Made by a program: the position numbers and the translations under genes. A stretch of DNA of 63,140 bases, filler included, from Hyphochytrium catenoides (lineage: Eukaryota; Protista; Hyphochytriomycota): the NCBI GenBank assembly GCA_900088475.1. It is 9 parts of 9 records of this genome, joined end to end, with 100 filler letters (N's around TTAATTAATTAA, not from the genome) between each part and the next. Parts side by side here need not be neighbours in the genome. Positions count along the whole stretch, not along the records: positions 24,856 to 48,481 come from FLMG01001215.1; 8 more parts are not named here. One strand, given 5' to 3'. Positions within the stretch are counted from its first letter, which is position 1. Each line of letters starts with the position of its first letter. Shown piece after piece: positions 34,401-47,350 of this stretch. The notes beneath the pieces were generated by a model, which saw nothing but the letters and a program-made list of their open reading frames with translations, had not been told where the DNA came from and ran no database searches.

Positions 34401-37400
34401 AAAAAATGACAGAAGACACATGGACGGAGACAGCAGGTGAGGACTCACGTGGAGAGTCAAAAAGACATCAGGGCTTGTATCAACCCCTTTACATAAGTTT
34501 ACCACGTTTATTGGGGAAGGCTGCGCGTGCTTGCATCTCACGCTTTAATCTCTTGACCATATCCAAGCCGTGGAAGAATGGTTACCACCGTACCCCCTTC
34601 CTTAACTAAGTTTCCACGCTCTGCCATTCAGAGGTCAAACCTTGTTTCCATGTCAAATTAGCTCATTGGGCTTCTGATTTTGCGTTCTCTCTCCCAGACC
34701 CTGATGTGGATGTCCAAAGGCCTCCTCTCACAATGCTCGAGAGCTTGGACCAAGGAAATGGCTCCTACACGTTCTCCTTCATAGCACAGACGGTTCGATC
34801 TCTCTCTCTCTCTCAATCTCTCTCTTTCTCTGTCTTTCTCTCTCTTCCTCTCTTTTTCTCTCACTCCCCAAGCTTCGCTTCATAGCCCCATGCCCCACTC
34901 ATTCTAGAGCGATCTCGTCTTATTCTCTCCTTCACATCATAGGCGGGTGTATCTGAGGTATCCGCTTTCTTGACTGTGCCTGGAGGCCTGCGCGGGGAGT
35001 ATTATAACAGCGCATTCTTTGGGGTAGGTATGCTTGGCTATCGCTCTGTTTCAGTTTATCTTTTCCACCTGGCCTTGTACCGCTGATAAGCTCGATGTGA
35101 CCCCTAGAGATTCCCTTAGTCGCTGATCTTTGTCGTCCGCCTCAAAAGGGGCTTATATCCATCCTGCTTTTCTATTAATTGACGAAATTGGTGCATCTGC
35201 CAAGAGAAGTTAGGAAAATTCTAATTTATACTTCTCGTCAGGGTCCATCTGTTATTACCCGCATTGACCCTGTCGTGAATTTCACTTGGGGCGAAGGTCG
35301 CATCACGGCAGAACAAAGAGACCTCGTCACGGTCAGATGGAATGGGGCTGTAAGAGCGAGAGCCGGGGGAATTTACTCCTTTTTCGTCAATGCGGACGAC
35401 CATGTGCGGCTCTACCTAAATGGTGTCTTGCTGATAGATGGGTATGCTTGTTCTCCGTTGCAGGGGAAATCATCTTCCACTCCTATCGGCACACTTTGTC
35501 TAGTTTCAGACCCCAATACCAGTCGTATGCTTCTTTCTTTTTACCTTTCTTCCTCCTCTTCTGATTCCATCCAATCTTCATATGGCAGATTGGGCAAGCT
35601 TTACCCTTGCCTTCTGTGGGTTGTTATGGTCCTCCTACCCATATGAAGTTCCTAAGTTAGTCATCTTCTAAACTGTCTTAAATAGCTGGGAGAGGAACTG
35701 CTCGGATACGTCTGGCGATATCTACCTTTCTTCCGGTTCCCTTAACCTGATTCTTTTGGAGTACCGCGAGGTATATCGCTCCGCCTCAATCCGATTGGGC
35801 TGGAGCGCTCCCTCCTTTACAAGGGAAGTCATCCCCTCCAGTTCTCTCCTCTATCTCGATCATATTAAGGGCTCGCCCTTCTCTTTGCCAGTGAGATCGG
35901 CAGCAACAGACGCGACTGTAAGCTATGCCTATGGAGAGGGGCTTGTGGATGGTACGGCACGTTTTCGCCGAATTTGCTTATCTATTCGCCATTATCGTTC
36001 AATCTGCGGTTTAACCGAGAGATCAACGTCTACCTCTTGTGGCCACGTTAGGGACAGCTCCGCATTATGCGTTTAACCCTTCTTTCCCCGCCTTTCTCTG
36101 AAATCTGTTCTTTGTTGTTGCCGCTTTTTTCTCTCTATTAAACTATGCTTTGGTCTGGCACGGTGTCGTGTGTACAAGTCTTTTACAACCGGGTGATCTA
36201 CCTAGTACTCCAGCTTTCTTTACCTTATGCTGCTTCGTCTATTTTAACTGCGGTCGCTGCGCCATCTCACGTTGTCCCTCTCTGACGATTAGGTGTGGCA
36301 GGAAAGCCCATTCTCTTCTCCATTGTCCCCCTGGACACCATGGGTAACCACAGAGCTCAGAATGCCTCCACGGACCGCGTCACTGTGATTGCTACCGCAC
36401 TAGGCCAAACCTTAGCAGATAGCTCTGCTGCTGTTACTTTTAACCGTTTTGATGGCGAGTTCGAGTCCAATCTCAACCTATATGTATCTGGCCAGTACCA
36501 GGTGAAGGTGGAGATCAATGGACAAAACCTCCAAGGCAGCCCTTTCCCATTCTTTCTATATCCTGGGGAGCCCTCTGGAATGCGCTCTACTGCGACTGGG
36601 GCTGGACTGCTCTCTGCTGTGGCTGGAATACAATCTTCCTTCACAGTGCAGATCCGTGACGCGTTTGGCAACGCCCGAGTAGGGTTTATGGATGATGTGG
36701 AAGTCTGGATCTTCAGCTCATCCGAGCCTCAGGTATGGCGCCATTTCAGAGCGTTCCTAGCCTAAATTGTGCTCTTAAAGAAGAGTTGCTGACCAGGCCT
36801 TGCCTTAGCAAAACTCCGGATTGTACTGCGAACGTGGAGATCCCTTCCATTCCATAGTTGTTCATCCTTTGCAAATATTCTAAGTCTCCTGAGCACCTTA
36901 GCCATATTACTACAGTTCTTCCACGGCTTTTCTGTCACCAAAGTGCTAGTGCTGCATATTTGCTGTTCTTGCTCGCTAACGGTTCTATTCTCTAGGTAGG
37001 AACGGTCCTTCCACTTGGTAATGGCCTCTATAGTGTCTCCTATACGCCTAAAGCGATGGGTCCAAACAAAGTTGCGGTGACGGTCGATCGCAATCCGCTG
37101 AAAGATAGCCCTTTCATTGTGCTAGTTAGCGCTGGAGACCCAGCCGCACCACACAGTACGGCGGAGCCCATCATGAATGTGACGGCTGGACTGAGCACTG
37201 CGTTCATCTTCCAGCCTTACGATACTTTCGGTGAGCCCTGGCACTTTGCGACGCCTTTGTGCTCTGTGTTTCTGTCTCTCGTTCCGAGGCTGTCCTTGCC
37301 TAACACTTACACTGACTCTATCGACTCTATCGTTATGTCTCTTGTGGAGCTTGCGCTCCCTTTGATTCTCCTTTTGATGCATTCTGTACTCCTCTGACTC

Positions 37401-40400
37401 TGTCTCCATCGTGCTATTACTCCCCCCTAAAGGAGACACCGTTACCCTTCTGGGCTGCCTCACCTCGAGCGCGATCCTTGTTTCTTCTCAGTAAAGCCAT
37501 ATCAAATTTTATCAACTCCAATGACGGTTGGATTATATCCTTTTGCCATTCTGGGTCTGCAGAATCATTATAACTTCATCCGCTGTGCTTCGCTTTCTTC
37601 TGCGCTTTCAGCAGGGCAGAGTCCCATAGTGCGCTCATTGACATCTGACCACTCTCCCTCTAATTTTCATTGTTTCCAGGCAACATAATTACGACGGACA
37701 TCTTGTCGTCTACCCCTTCCCGCATCTCTCTATTGATTGATGGCCTGCCTGCCCACGGAGTATCGGCCGCTTATGTGACAGATGGTCAAATCAGAGTCTC
37801 TTACACTCCCATCCGGGTCAGTTCCCCAGCATCCCGACTTTGTCTGGCTGTGCATTGCTTTGTTCTCGAGCCTTTATCCTACTACCTGTGACATATGGTT
37901 ATCTTGCATATAATATTAGCGCGGAACTTGTATCATTTGAGTCCGTGCTTACCCAGCTGCTGCACATTGCTGGCCTCACATGGGCATCCTTGGGTTGCGT
38001 TATGATTACACTTTTGCTTCTCCACGCTGATCTTTCCTCTCATTTGGTTCTTACTAAATCATCCAGGCTGGACCCTCTCGGCTTGCGGTACTTCTTGACG
38101 GCAACGAGATCAAAGATAGCCCTTTCACCATTTTCGTCCACCCATCATCTGTCTCCCCCTCAACGACGACTGCTTATGGGCCGGGGCTCTCATTAGCCAT
38201 CGCTGGGGAGACCACCGAGTTCTTTATCGAAACAAGGGATGGCCAAGGAAATCTATCTCCAATGCAAAAAGACGCCATAACCGCTACCCTTACCGGGCCT
38301 GGTGCTACTACCGTGCCCGTTCTAGTCAATGGAGAGGAGTCCCTCCTGGCATGCAGTTATAATGCAACTCTTAGTGGCTCCTATTCGCTTACTCTCCTTG
38401 CTTCGGGTTCTCCGATTCCCGGTTCTCCGTTCACTCTCTCGGTTATCCCTGGAAGTGTTGATGCATCGCGCAGTCTCATTTTCGGGTCTGGAGTGGCTAA
38501 GGGAACGGCAGGAAGGGTAGCCCCTGTTACCTTGCAAGCACAGGACTTCTGGGGCAATAACCTTACTCAAGGTGAGTTGGGATTGGGCCTCGTTTTAGTT
38601 GCACTCCGAGCCTTTAGAGGTTCTCTGTTAACTTGTTAGTGGTACTTTTGAAGCTTTCAACACTTTCCTCGTCTCTCTGACACCGAACATTAAGGATCTA
38701 TGAGCTGTGAGACTCTTATACTCGCCCTTGCCAGCTCCATCGTGGAGCTCTTCCGTCGTCCAGCTCCCTCTGCCATCAGACCTAGGGCTTACCTCTCTAA
38801 TTCTCGCACAACTCCTTTACGTGCTCTTCTAGGTGGAGAGCGCTTTGAAGTTACTTTGAATGGGCCAGAACGGATCCCTATGGTTGTTGTAGACAAGGTG
38901 GATGGAAGCTATGATCTCTCCTACACGCCTAGAAAGATCGGCTTGTACGTCTTGACGGCTCTGCTTGTCCTTCCTGGAGGAATGAATGGCACCTATTATA
39001 GAAACGCGGACTTATCCGCCCCTGTCCTACAGAGAAAAGACGAGGTAGTAGACTTCTCTTGGGGTGAATGGCCTCCGGTCGACCCCTTCCCTGCCCAGTA
39101 CTACTCAATCAAGTGGGAGGGCTTTCTCAAGCCTACTCACAGTGAAGAATATACTTTGAGTCTTTCTTCAAGCGGAGGCGTGAAACTTGAGTTGGATGGG
39201 AAAGAGATAATAGATAACTGGGAAGGGACACAGCAGGAGTCTTTCGTGGTTGTGCGACTAGAAAAAGACAACCTTTACTATCTCTCTATCGCTTTTCGTC
39301 ATTCTACGGGATCCTCCTCAATTTCCTTTAGCTGGGAGAGTTCCTCAACTCCACGAGCGACCGTCCCTTCCTCCGCTTTGTACAGGAAGCTCTTCGTTGG
39401 AACAAGCCACCATACTCCCCTTATCTCTCCATCTCTCCCTTCAACGGCCTCATCGGCTGAGGGAAGTGGGCTCCATGCTGGCACTTCTGGAGTCCCCTCC
39501 TTTTTCAACATCACTTTAAGAGATGAGTTCGGTAACGCCATAGGAAAACGACCAGCAGAACCAGGTTTTGAAAGCGTCATTGTCTTTGGAAAAGCGGCCT
39601 CCTCCAAGGTTATTGACTATGGAAGTGCTCGAGACCTAAAAAATGGGTTCTATGCAGTTAATCTTGTACCCTCAGGGTCTGGAGTCTACGAGACGTACGT
39701 CCTTGTCAGTCCTCTGCCCCTTTCACTTCCTTCCTTTTCTCTCGGACTGTCGACAGTCCTCTCTATGATATCAGCGTACAACATAAAGGGAAGCCCTTTT
39801 GTGGGCCTTGTGAAGCCCAATCTCCCATCCAACAATAGTAGAGTCGAAGGACCAGGGACAACCTCCGCCGTTGCAAGCCGTGTCGCGTATTTCTCTTTGC
39901 TAGGCTTAGACCTGAATGGCAATATGGCCACGGAGGACCAGACAAACGTGACTGGAGAAATAACGTGCAGGGAAAGAAGGCAGGCAGTCCTCTTTGAGTA
40001 TGAGGGAAGAGGAAGGTAAGAGGCGGCGCGCCCTTGTCTGCATCTGGACCTTGTATCCCCTACTCCATATCATAGTCGGTTCAGAGGGAACGCTAGAGTT
40101 GAAGCTTTAGTGCCTCCGTCCGTCTTCTAAAGCACAGAACTATTCTTGTGACTCCAAAGCCCATCTGGCGCTTGCACACTCACAAGGATGCTTCTTAGGT
40201 ACCGATGCTCTTACACTTCTAATGCCACCGGGCTCTGTGCTCTCTCGGTGTACGTGGGAGGAGCCCTTATCAAACAAGGACCTCTACCTGTCACTGTTTA
40301 CCCAGACGTCGCTTCCGCTTCTCAGTCTCTAGCTGAGGGACCGGGTCTCGGTGAAAGTAAGATCAATCATCTCTCTCGTCCTGGTTAAAAGATCCTCCCA

Positions 40401-41450
40401 GCATATTTGAAGCGGAATTCAAGCACACTAGTTCATCCTTATATCTCTCTGTGTTTCCCTCGTCGTCATGCTCTGGCTCTCTCTAACCTTCTACCCGTTC
40501 TGGAAACCACGATGTCAGTGTCTCATGGATCGTCCTCTTCGTAGCTCCTGTACAAGTCGGACTAGCGACCACTTTTGTCGTCAACGTGAATGATCGCGCA
40601 GGCAATCTTGTTGAGGTATCGTTGGAATTGTCATCTCTTAATGATCACGTATCTGCCTGGCTTGCTCTTACCTCTGTACACCTATAAACGTCGTTTAGAA
40701 GAAGACCATGTACCCTAGATCTTGGTGGCCTTGTTTCTCCATGCCAACACCTCTCGCTGTTCCTTCATCGTAACTTTCTTAGTTAACGATTATTTCTAAC
40801 AGACTGGAGGACATGGAATATATGTTCGCGGTAGAGGGCCTGAGGACTTTCAGGGCAGCGTCTTCGATGGAGGAGATGGGCGATATACCGTCACATACAC
40901 TCCTCAGGGAGCTGGTCCCTACAATCTCACTGTGAAGCTTGCAAGTGGGACGCTTACAGGGGAAGACAGCGGGTTGAAAGGAGAATACTTTGACAATCCT
41001 CTTCTCGATGGGCCGCCCAAAGTCATAGCTGTTGATCCTGTTGTCCATTTCTCCTGGGGCTTATATGATGGCCAGCCTATCTTGCCTAATGCTGCCACGG
41101 GAGTCAGTGTCAGATGGACAGGCTTCCTTTTGGTCAAGTATAGGACAACATACCAGATCTTAGTAGCCACAATGGATAGCGTAAGGCTGTGGGTGGATGA
41201 TGTACTGGTGGTAGACAGTGTAGGGGCTACTGTCCGCTTCGAAGAGACTGCTGATGGACCGCAGACACTTCCTCTCCTTCTTGTGCCTGGAGCACATGAT
41301 ATAAAGCTCGAGTATACAGAAGGGCATGGGAGAGCGATTTCTTTACAATGGACGGTGAAGAACCAGCCGCGAGAGGTCATCCCGTCTGCGCATCTCTCGC
41401 CCTCCGCAAGACATATAAACTCTAGCCCATTCCGCATCACTGCTGTCTAA
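31449..41450 (+). CDS. Large secreted multidomain protein: EGF/furin-like Cys repeats, Calx-beta, many filamin/Ig repeats and three PA14 domains; multi-exon
   Basis: Signal MAIFLLVHSFHLLCLIEVCVG; CFCEQGYQGIDC and CQCNPEYIGLDC; Calx-beta LTVRRTGG...ILDDRKFE...EIVDDD; repeated GSPF/DAFGN filamin motifs; PA14 motifs (IDPVVNFTWG...VRWNG, GTYY...IKWEG, GEYF...VRWTG); stop at 41450. Confidence 0.88.
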
Positions 41451-41953
41451 CACAGCGGAGTAATGAATTTGCGGGCCAGGCACTGTAACATAAAGCTTTA
41501 TAACAGCTGCGCACTAATCTTTCGCAGTGAGCATGCAAACAGGAAAATGAGCGTCTTAGTTTCCCTCACTCGTCTCTCGTGCTTTAGCCTACCTCCTTCT
41601 CCCTCTCTTAGTTTTGCTTCGCCAAAAGGGAGTGCAAGGATAGCGAGAGTAGAAGAGAGAGCAAACGAGAGCGAGAGAAGAGAACAATAGAGTACGGCGG
41701 AAGGAGAGCAAGACAGAGTCACGATCTGCAGAGACCGCAAGATGGACAAGAGCCAAGAATTGATTTACATATATTGGTGACTGGATAAAGTCGAGAGGGT
41801 GTCAACCTGTAGATGGAGCTTTAGCGCTGATGTGTGTCTCTCTCTCTCGTGCGCGCCCGCGCTCTATGTCCCTTCCCTCATACTTCGTAAACTTTCTCTA
41901 CTATACAGCTCGCTCTCGCTCTTGCTTTCTTCTTTCTTCAACTTCTCCACAGA

Positions 41954-43273
41954 CTAGAGACCTGTTTCTCGTCTATAGTTCTCTTCAATCTCTTCGTCTT
42001 CTATGATCCGACGCTTCTCCGTGCTAGGTCCCCCTACCACCACTGCTATTGTCCTGTCCGCGTCAACGGAAGGATATCGTCGTCCTCCTCCGTCCCATCT
42101 TCTCTCTCTTCTTCGTCGTCCTTCTTCTTCTTCTCCGCTTCCTTGGGGCCGATGGCCTGCCATCACTGCCGTCGTCTCCGAATCCACGAGTTGGACATCC
42201 GAGACGGCTAATAAATGTATGGGAACAGCCTCAACTGCGGCGCCGAGAATCCGGGGAGCAGTGGCTGGCGACGTGACGGAGCTCTCTTGTCCTCCTCTTG
42301 TCGCTCGTTGTTCTTCGTCTTCTTCTTCCTGCAAAAGAGAACTTCGCTTTCCTCGTCCTTCTCCATCGACCTCTTCAAATCTCTTTCGCCTACTGCGACG
42401 CCTCAAGAAGATAAACGTGCCAACAGCAAGCAGGAACAAGAGGACAACGCCAAAGATCCCGAGCACAAGCATGGTGCTTGTGTTATCGCTCTTCGCTTTT
42501 CCTGCGTCATCCGTCTGCGTCCCCATCGCTGGTTCCTTGGAGTCCGTGGAGTTACCAGCCATCTGCCTCTGAAATTCCACTTCACAGATTCCTTTCTTCC
42601 TCGCGTCTTGTACGGTCTTTGGAAGCTTGCCGTTGCTGCTGCAGACAGCAGTAATTCTGAGCTCTTTTAGCACGCCTGCGCAAGGATCGTCGCCGATGAA
42701 GGTATTTGTCGGCGTTATAGTACAATTTCTCTCTCCCAGACACTCTTCAGCGACCGGACAGCGCGCCGAGAGGCCTTCACATCTTGAAGATTTCGTCGTG
42801 TTGAGATGGATTTCCCAGAGCGGCGCGTAGACAGCGGTCACAATGCCACTGATGACCTGCTCTTCCTTGGGACAGCTAAGGAATAGGGGCGGATGGCTCT
42901 CTAAGCCGTTGGTCTCGGTCCCCGTCGCGTTGATTTCCATCGGAGAGCATTCGACCCATACTTTTAGCGTTGCAGGGCTGTCGTCAGCAGCACATCGAGG
43001 CTTGCCATACCACTGTTTATCCTTTTCATAGCGCGTCAATGGCACGAGAAGAGGGCGAAGCGGGCACTTTCTCTCCCCCAGGCAGTAGGAGCTCACGATG
43101 GTGGTCGCGTTCCCAGCATTGCATGAGGCTGAGGTTCGAAAGCTTGAAGGGTCATTGCAGGTGCCTGTGGGCGCGCCGAAACCCGCGAATTTGACAGCAC
43201 TGATGACTTCGTTCCGGCCCGGACAGGTGAGAACCGTTCCCTTCGCCTCTGTCACGTCGTCTGCGCAGAGCAT
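41954..43273 (-). CDS. Type I membrane protein with two SUEL/Gal_lectin (rhamnose/galactose-binding) domains; true start uncertain
   Basis: LTCP...ISAVKFAGFGAPTGTC...CLGERKC and LSCP...CLGERNC...GDDPCAGVLKELRITAVC; transmembrane segment MLVLGIFGVVLLFLLAVGTFIFL followed by RRRSRRKR and a low-complexity tail. Confidence 0.85.
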   Translation of the reverse strand: MLCADDVTEAKGTVLTCPGRNEVISAVKFAGFGAPTGTCNDPSSFRTSASCNAGNATTIVSSYCLGERKCPLRPLLVPLTRYEKDKQWYGKPRCAADDSPATLKVWVECSPMEINATGTETNGLESHPPLFLSCPKEEQVISGIVTAVYAPLWEIHLNTTKSSRCEGLSARCPVAEECLGERNCTITPTNTFIGDDPCAGVLKELRITAVCSSNGKLPKTVQDARKKGICEVEFQRQMAGNSTDSKEPAMGTQTDDAGKAKSDNTSTMLVLGIFGVVLLFLLAVGTFIFLRRRSRRKRFEEVDGEGRGKRSSLLQEEEDEEQRATRGGQESSVTSPATAPRILGAAVEAVPIHLLAVSDVQLVDSETTAVMAGHRPQGSGEEEEGRRRRERRWDGGGRRYPSVDADRTIAVVVGGPSTEKRRIIEDEEIEENYRRETGL

Positions 43274-44955
43274 GGGTCCCTGTCTCTCTTTCTCTCTCTT
43301 GATCCGCTACAGGAGTCTGTTCGGCTCTCTTCTCTCTCTTGTTCAATTCTCTAGGTGATTGATTGTAAGAGTTGGCGAGAGGAGAGAGAGAAGCGTAGTA
43401 GGGATAGTAAGACAGACAGAGTAAGAGAAAGTAGAATAGCAACCGAGAGCTGGAAGCTGGGCAATTTAGCAGGGAAAGGCACAGAGAAAAGCAGAGAAAC
43501 GGCAGTCCAAAATGGTAGAAGAAAGATGATGGCAGGTGTTGGACAGAGCAAGAAAGAGAGATTGCCTACCCTTGGGAGCGCTGCTAACACACTAATGGTA
43601 TCGGGCAATAATATCGCTGCTAAGGCCGCAGTTTGAGAGGGAGAACATGATGTGTCCCCCTGTAACTCATTTTTACTCTCTCTCTCTGTGGTACCGTCTT
43701 TCAGTGCCTTCTCTCTAGCTTCTTGCTATCCTTTCTTCTTGATCTATAAACCTCTTTCTTGAACAGCTTCCACCGAAGAGAGAGAAGTAGTCTCCTAGCA
43801 GCAGATATATTCTGCCTATGGCGGATTCGTCATCCACCTGCCGCTGCAATCCTGTGTGACCGCGCTTCAACAGCTATCTGACACCACTTCCCGCCCCTCG
43901 GTCTTTTTCCCTCTCCGCCTTAGACTCTCCCTCTCTCTCCTTCTCTACGCCCTTCTGTCTCTCTCCCTCTTTTGTTTATTTTTATAATCAACCTTTCTCT
44001 CTCACTCATTGTCTCTCTCTCTCTCTCTCTTCTGCTCGCACTTCTCCCTTTTCTCTCTCTCCTCTTTATTTCCCTCTTCTCTATCTTCTATCTCACTTCC
44101 TCTCGCTCGCTTATTCTCTCTTTCTCTGTGCTTGGTGGTGGGGAGGGCAAAGAAAGATTCGGAGCAAGAAAAAGCAACGCTGATAAAGCAAGTTCAAGCC
44201 TCTTCCGCCTTCTGCAGCAAGAGAGAGGGGAAGTGAGGAAGGAAATTGATGACTGGGTGGCTCCTAGTTCTCACTATCTGGCTGCTTTCAGCCGTACGAT
44301 GTCATCGCATGACAAGAGCCTTGTCCATATCTTAGCTCTTATCCGGATCACTCGAGAACCGCAGGCGGTGGCTCTACCAAGAGAGGAATAGAAAGGGGAG
44401 GAAAGAAAGAGAAAAAATTGAAGAGGAGGGAAAGAAAACGACGCAGAGAGATGGTGAAATGCCGCGATTCCCTGGGGTTAGTATGGCCCATCATCAAGCA
44501 GAGCATCGAGAGCTCTGACAGTGCACAAGCAGAGTCGTTGGCACCAGAAGGTAGACATAAGAGATACTCCAATAGTACCGTAGATATTTTGGAAAGAAAC
44601 AAAGGACGAGAGAGAGAGAGAGAGAACGAGAGGAAGGAAGAGAGAGAGAGGTAGAGAAAGAGAGAAAAAGAGAGAGAGAGAGTATACGAGGAAGGAGAGA
44701 GAGAGAAGCGGCTAAATATTAAGGCCTATCGCAGGAAAGAGAGTTATAGACGGAAGGCGTCTTGCTACTCCTTCTATAATCAGGGAGACGATGGAAAGTA
44801 GCTCTCTGGATTCATAGGTTCTTCTTTTATTTACATCTTAGCAGTGAAGGAATCTTAGGCCATCTTACTCCCCGCTAAATACTGATAATACGGCGCGGAG
44901 CATCTCACTCTTTCTTATCGCTTCTTACTTCTTATTACCCTTGTCTTCTTGCTTT

Positions 44956-45100
44956 CTATCGCATTCTTCTCTTTCTTGTCCTTTCACGAGTCATAGAGAG
45001 AGGAGCAGATAGATGTGGACGACGGAAACGAGGAGACTTTCGGAAAAGAGGGACGACAGAGACAGAGAGAGAGAGGGAGAGAGAGAACGAAAGAAAGAAC

Positions 45101-45164
<64 letters not shown>

Positions 45165-46816
45165 CAGAACCAGAGTTAGAGCCACAGATACAAAAAGGGA
45201 GAAGAAGCAGGAGTTGATGAAAAAGAAGAGCAAGTGATGAGAGGTAAATAAGACAATGATGCGGCATTGCATAGACGAGGATCTCCTTCAACTCTAGAAC
45301 CTCCTTCTGCCGCCTGTTGCTGCCCTGACAGGAGGCTACGTCATGCCTCTCCGGACTTCCTAGTAATAAGTGTGTCATGCCTCCTCGAGGCTCTTCCAGT
45401 AAGCAGTGCCAAAGTGCTTCTCTTTCCGATTCCATTGCAATAGTGTAGTTCTAACGACAGAAGAAGAGGAAGGTCATCAGCGTCTCAACCAGGGAAGGAT
45501 CTACCCTACCCCTCGTAGTATATGAGCTCAGCCGTCGGAGACGCACTTGCAGATGTCAAGGTGTCCAAGTGCAGGACAAGAGGAACAGTAATAAAGCCTG
45601 CAGCCGGGATGATAAAGGACCTTAGGAGAGCCTTTACCTCCTCGACGCTGACATCAATCGTTTTGAGTTTTTCACTTGGTTGTGCGTCGTCGGGAGATGG
45701 TCCTAGGAACCTTTCTGTGGAGGCTTTTGCATCTTCATACTCCTTCGCCGGATGGATCTCTCCGTATTAGGCTGCAGTCGGAGCGCGTCTAATGCCATGG
45801 ATAACCAAGATTTCTGCTCTCGCATTGAGACGCTAATCTTCCCTTTCCCCTTCTTTATAGTGGGTTTACATGCAGAGAAAGCATGGAGAGAACCAGCAGC
45901 TCATACTCTCTCAAAGCATATGTATACAACGCTTTGACAAAGAGCCACCAAGAGCTATAACAAGGATCTCAGAGGAGCACAAAGCCTATCAGAACGGCAA
46001 CAGGAGCCTCCTTCCTTGGGACCCCATAATTGTCTCAGTTGTTCTTCTTGTCTGATCTCCCCACTTCCTTCCCTCAGTTTGTGACCCTTGCCGCCTGTAT
46101 GTTTATCAGTGTCCTTGCACTGCTGATGGCGTGATGAGATCTGCTAGCTAACCCGAGAGAAGATGTAACGAAAAGCATCACTTTACTTAGAAAGCTTCAC
46201 CGTCTCTCCGTCCCACTGCTGCTGTTGGAACTACTCCATATCCTATAGGTAGATAGCTGAATATTGCCTAGCTAGTTGATAGTGCTGCTAGACAGGGAAG
46301 GAAGATGAACTTGTCGCTTAGTATCTTACGTAGCTAGCTTTGGGACAAGCCTCTTACGAATACCATGATGTCCACTGAGCCAAGAGTTCCGTCCTGCTGG
46401 ATACAGTCAGGTTAGAGCCCAGTAAAGCCGAGCGTCAGTGTGAACTCCAGCGAGAACACGCTTACAGCCGGTTGTGCCCTTGTCGTGATCCGGGTCAGTA
46501 GAAGGATAGGAAACTTCACGACACGGCAAAAAATAGGTACCAGGCTGCTGCTGGACACGCAGGCTATGCTCACTTCGGCACCACTTGATGGCACTTTCTT
46601 TGCAGTCAGACTAAACTCTATTAGGCCAGTAGAGCTGAGAAAGATCGCAACTAGAAAGAGAAAGAAGACAGAGACAGAGAGAAAAAGAAAGTAGAGATGC
46701 ATTAAGACTAGATTTCGATTGACAAAGAAAGCTGACACACTAGAACTGCAGCCATCGGGCCAAGCCTCTAAAACGTATGTAGTAGCGCCTCTCCAAGGAC
46801 GAATTGACCATCGCAT
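44956..46816 (-). CDS. Possible multi-exon gene of unknown function
   Basis: Several complex, protein-like minus-strand segments (GLIEFSLTAKKVPSSG..., IDVSVEEVKALLRSFIIP..., MESEREALWHCLLEE...) with no recognised domain and in-frame continuity not established. Confidence 0.3.
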
Positions 46817-47350
46817 CCTGTGGGAACTAAGGAGTCGCCTCCTTCTTTCGTTGAGCTAACAGCTCTTCAGAACAGTTTAGGTCAACCGTTACCGAGTCCT
46901 TGAGAAAGGAGGAGGCGAACCGTATAGCTGAAAGGTGCGATTGGGCGGGCGCTAAAGCGAGGAGAACAATGAGTACGGCGAGGAGGAGAAGCAAGAAGAC
47001 TCGGTGGTCAGGACATTGGTACCGCTACCGCTTCACTGAGCTTTGTTGATGGCAAAGCACTTTCTTGTCCATATAGCACTTAGGCAGCAGAACTCTTCGA
47101 CTTTACATCTTTAAGTATATCTTATAAGAGACAGGCAAACCCTAAGCTACGTGGCCGAAGCCTTTGTTGACAGACTCCTTGTGACCAACCAGACAATGCT
47201 AAGACTAAAAAGCAAAAAGGAGCGACCGGGAGGAGGAAGAGGAAGAAAGGGGAAGGTAGAGGATGAGGAAGGAGCCCTAGTGTGGAGGCACAGCAGAGAG
47301 AACGGTGGTGAAGGCTGTGACACCGCTGCCGTTGTCTGCTGGTCATCACT

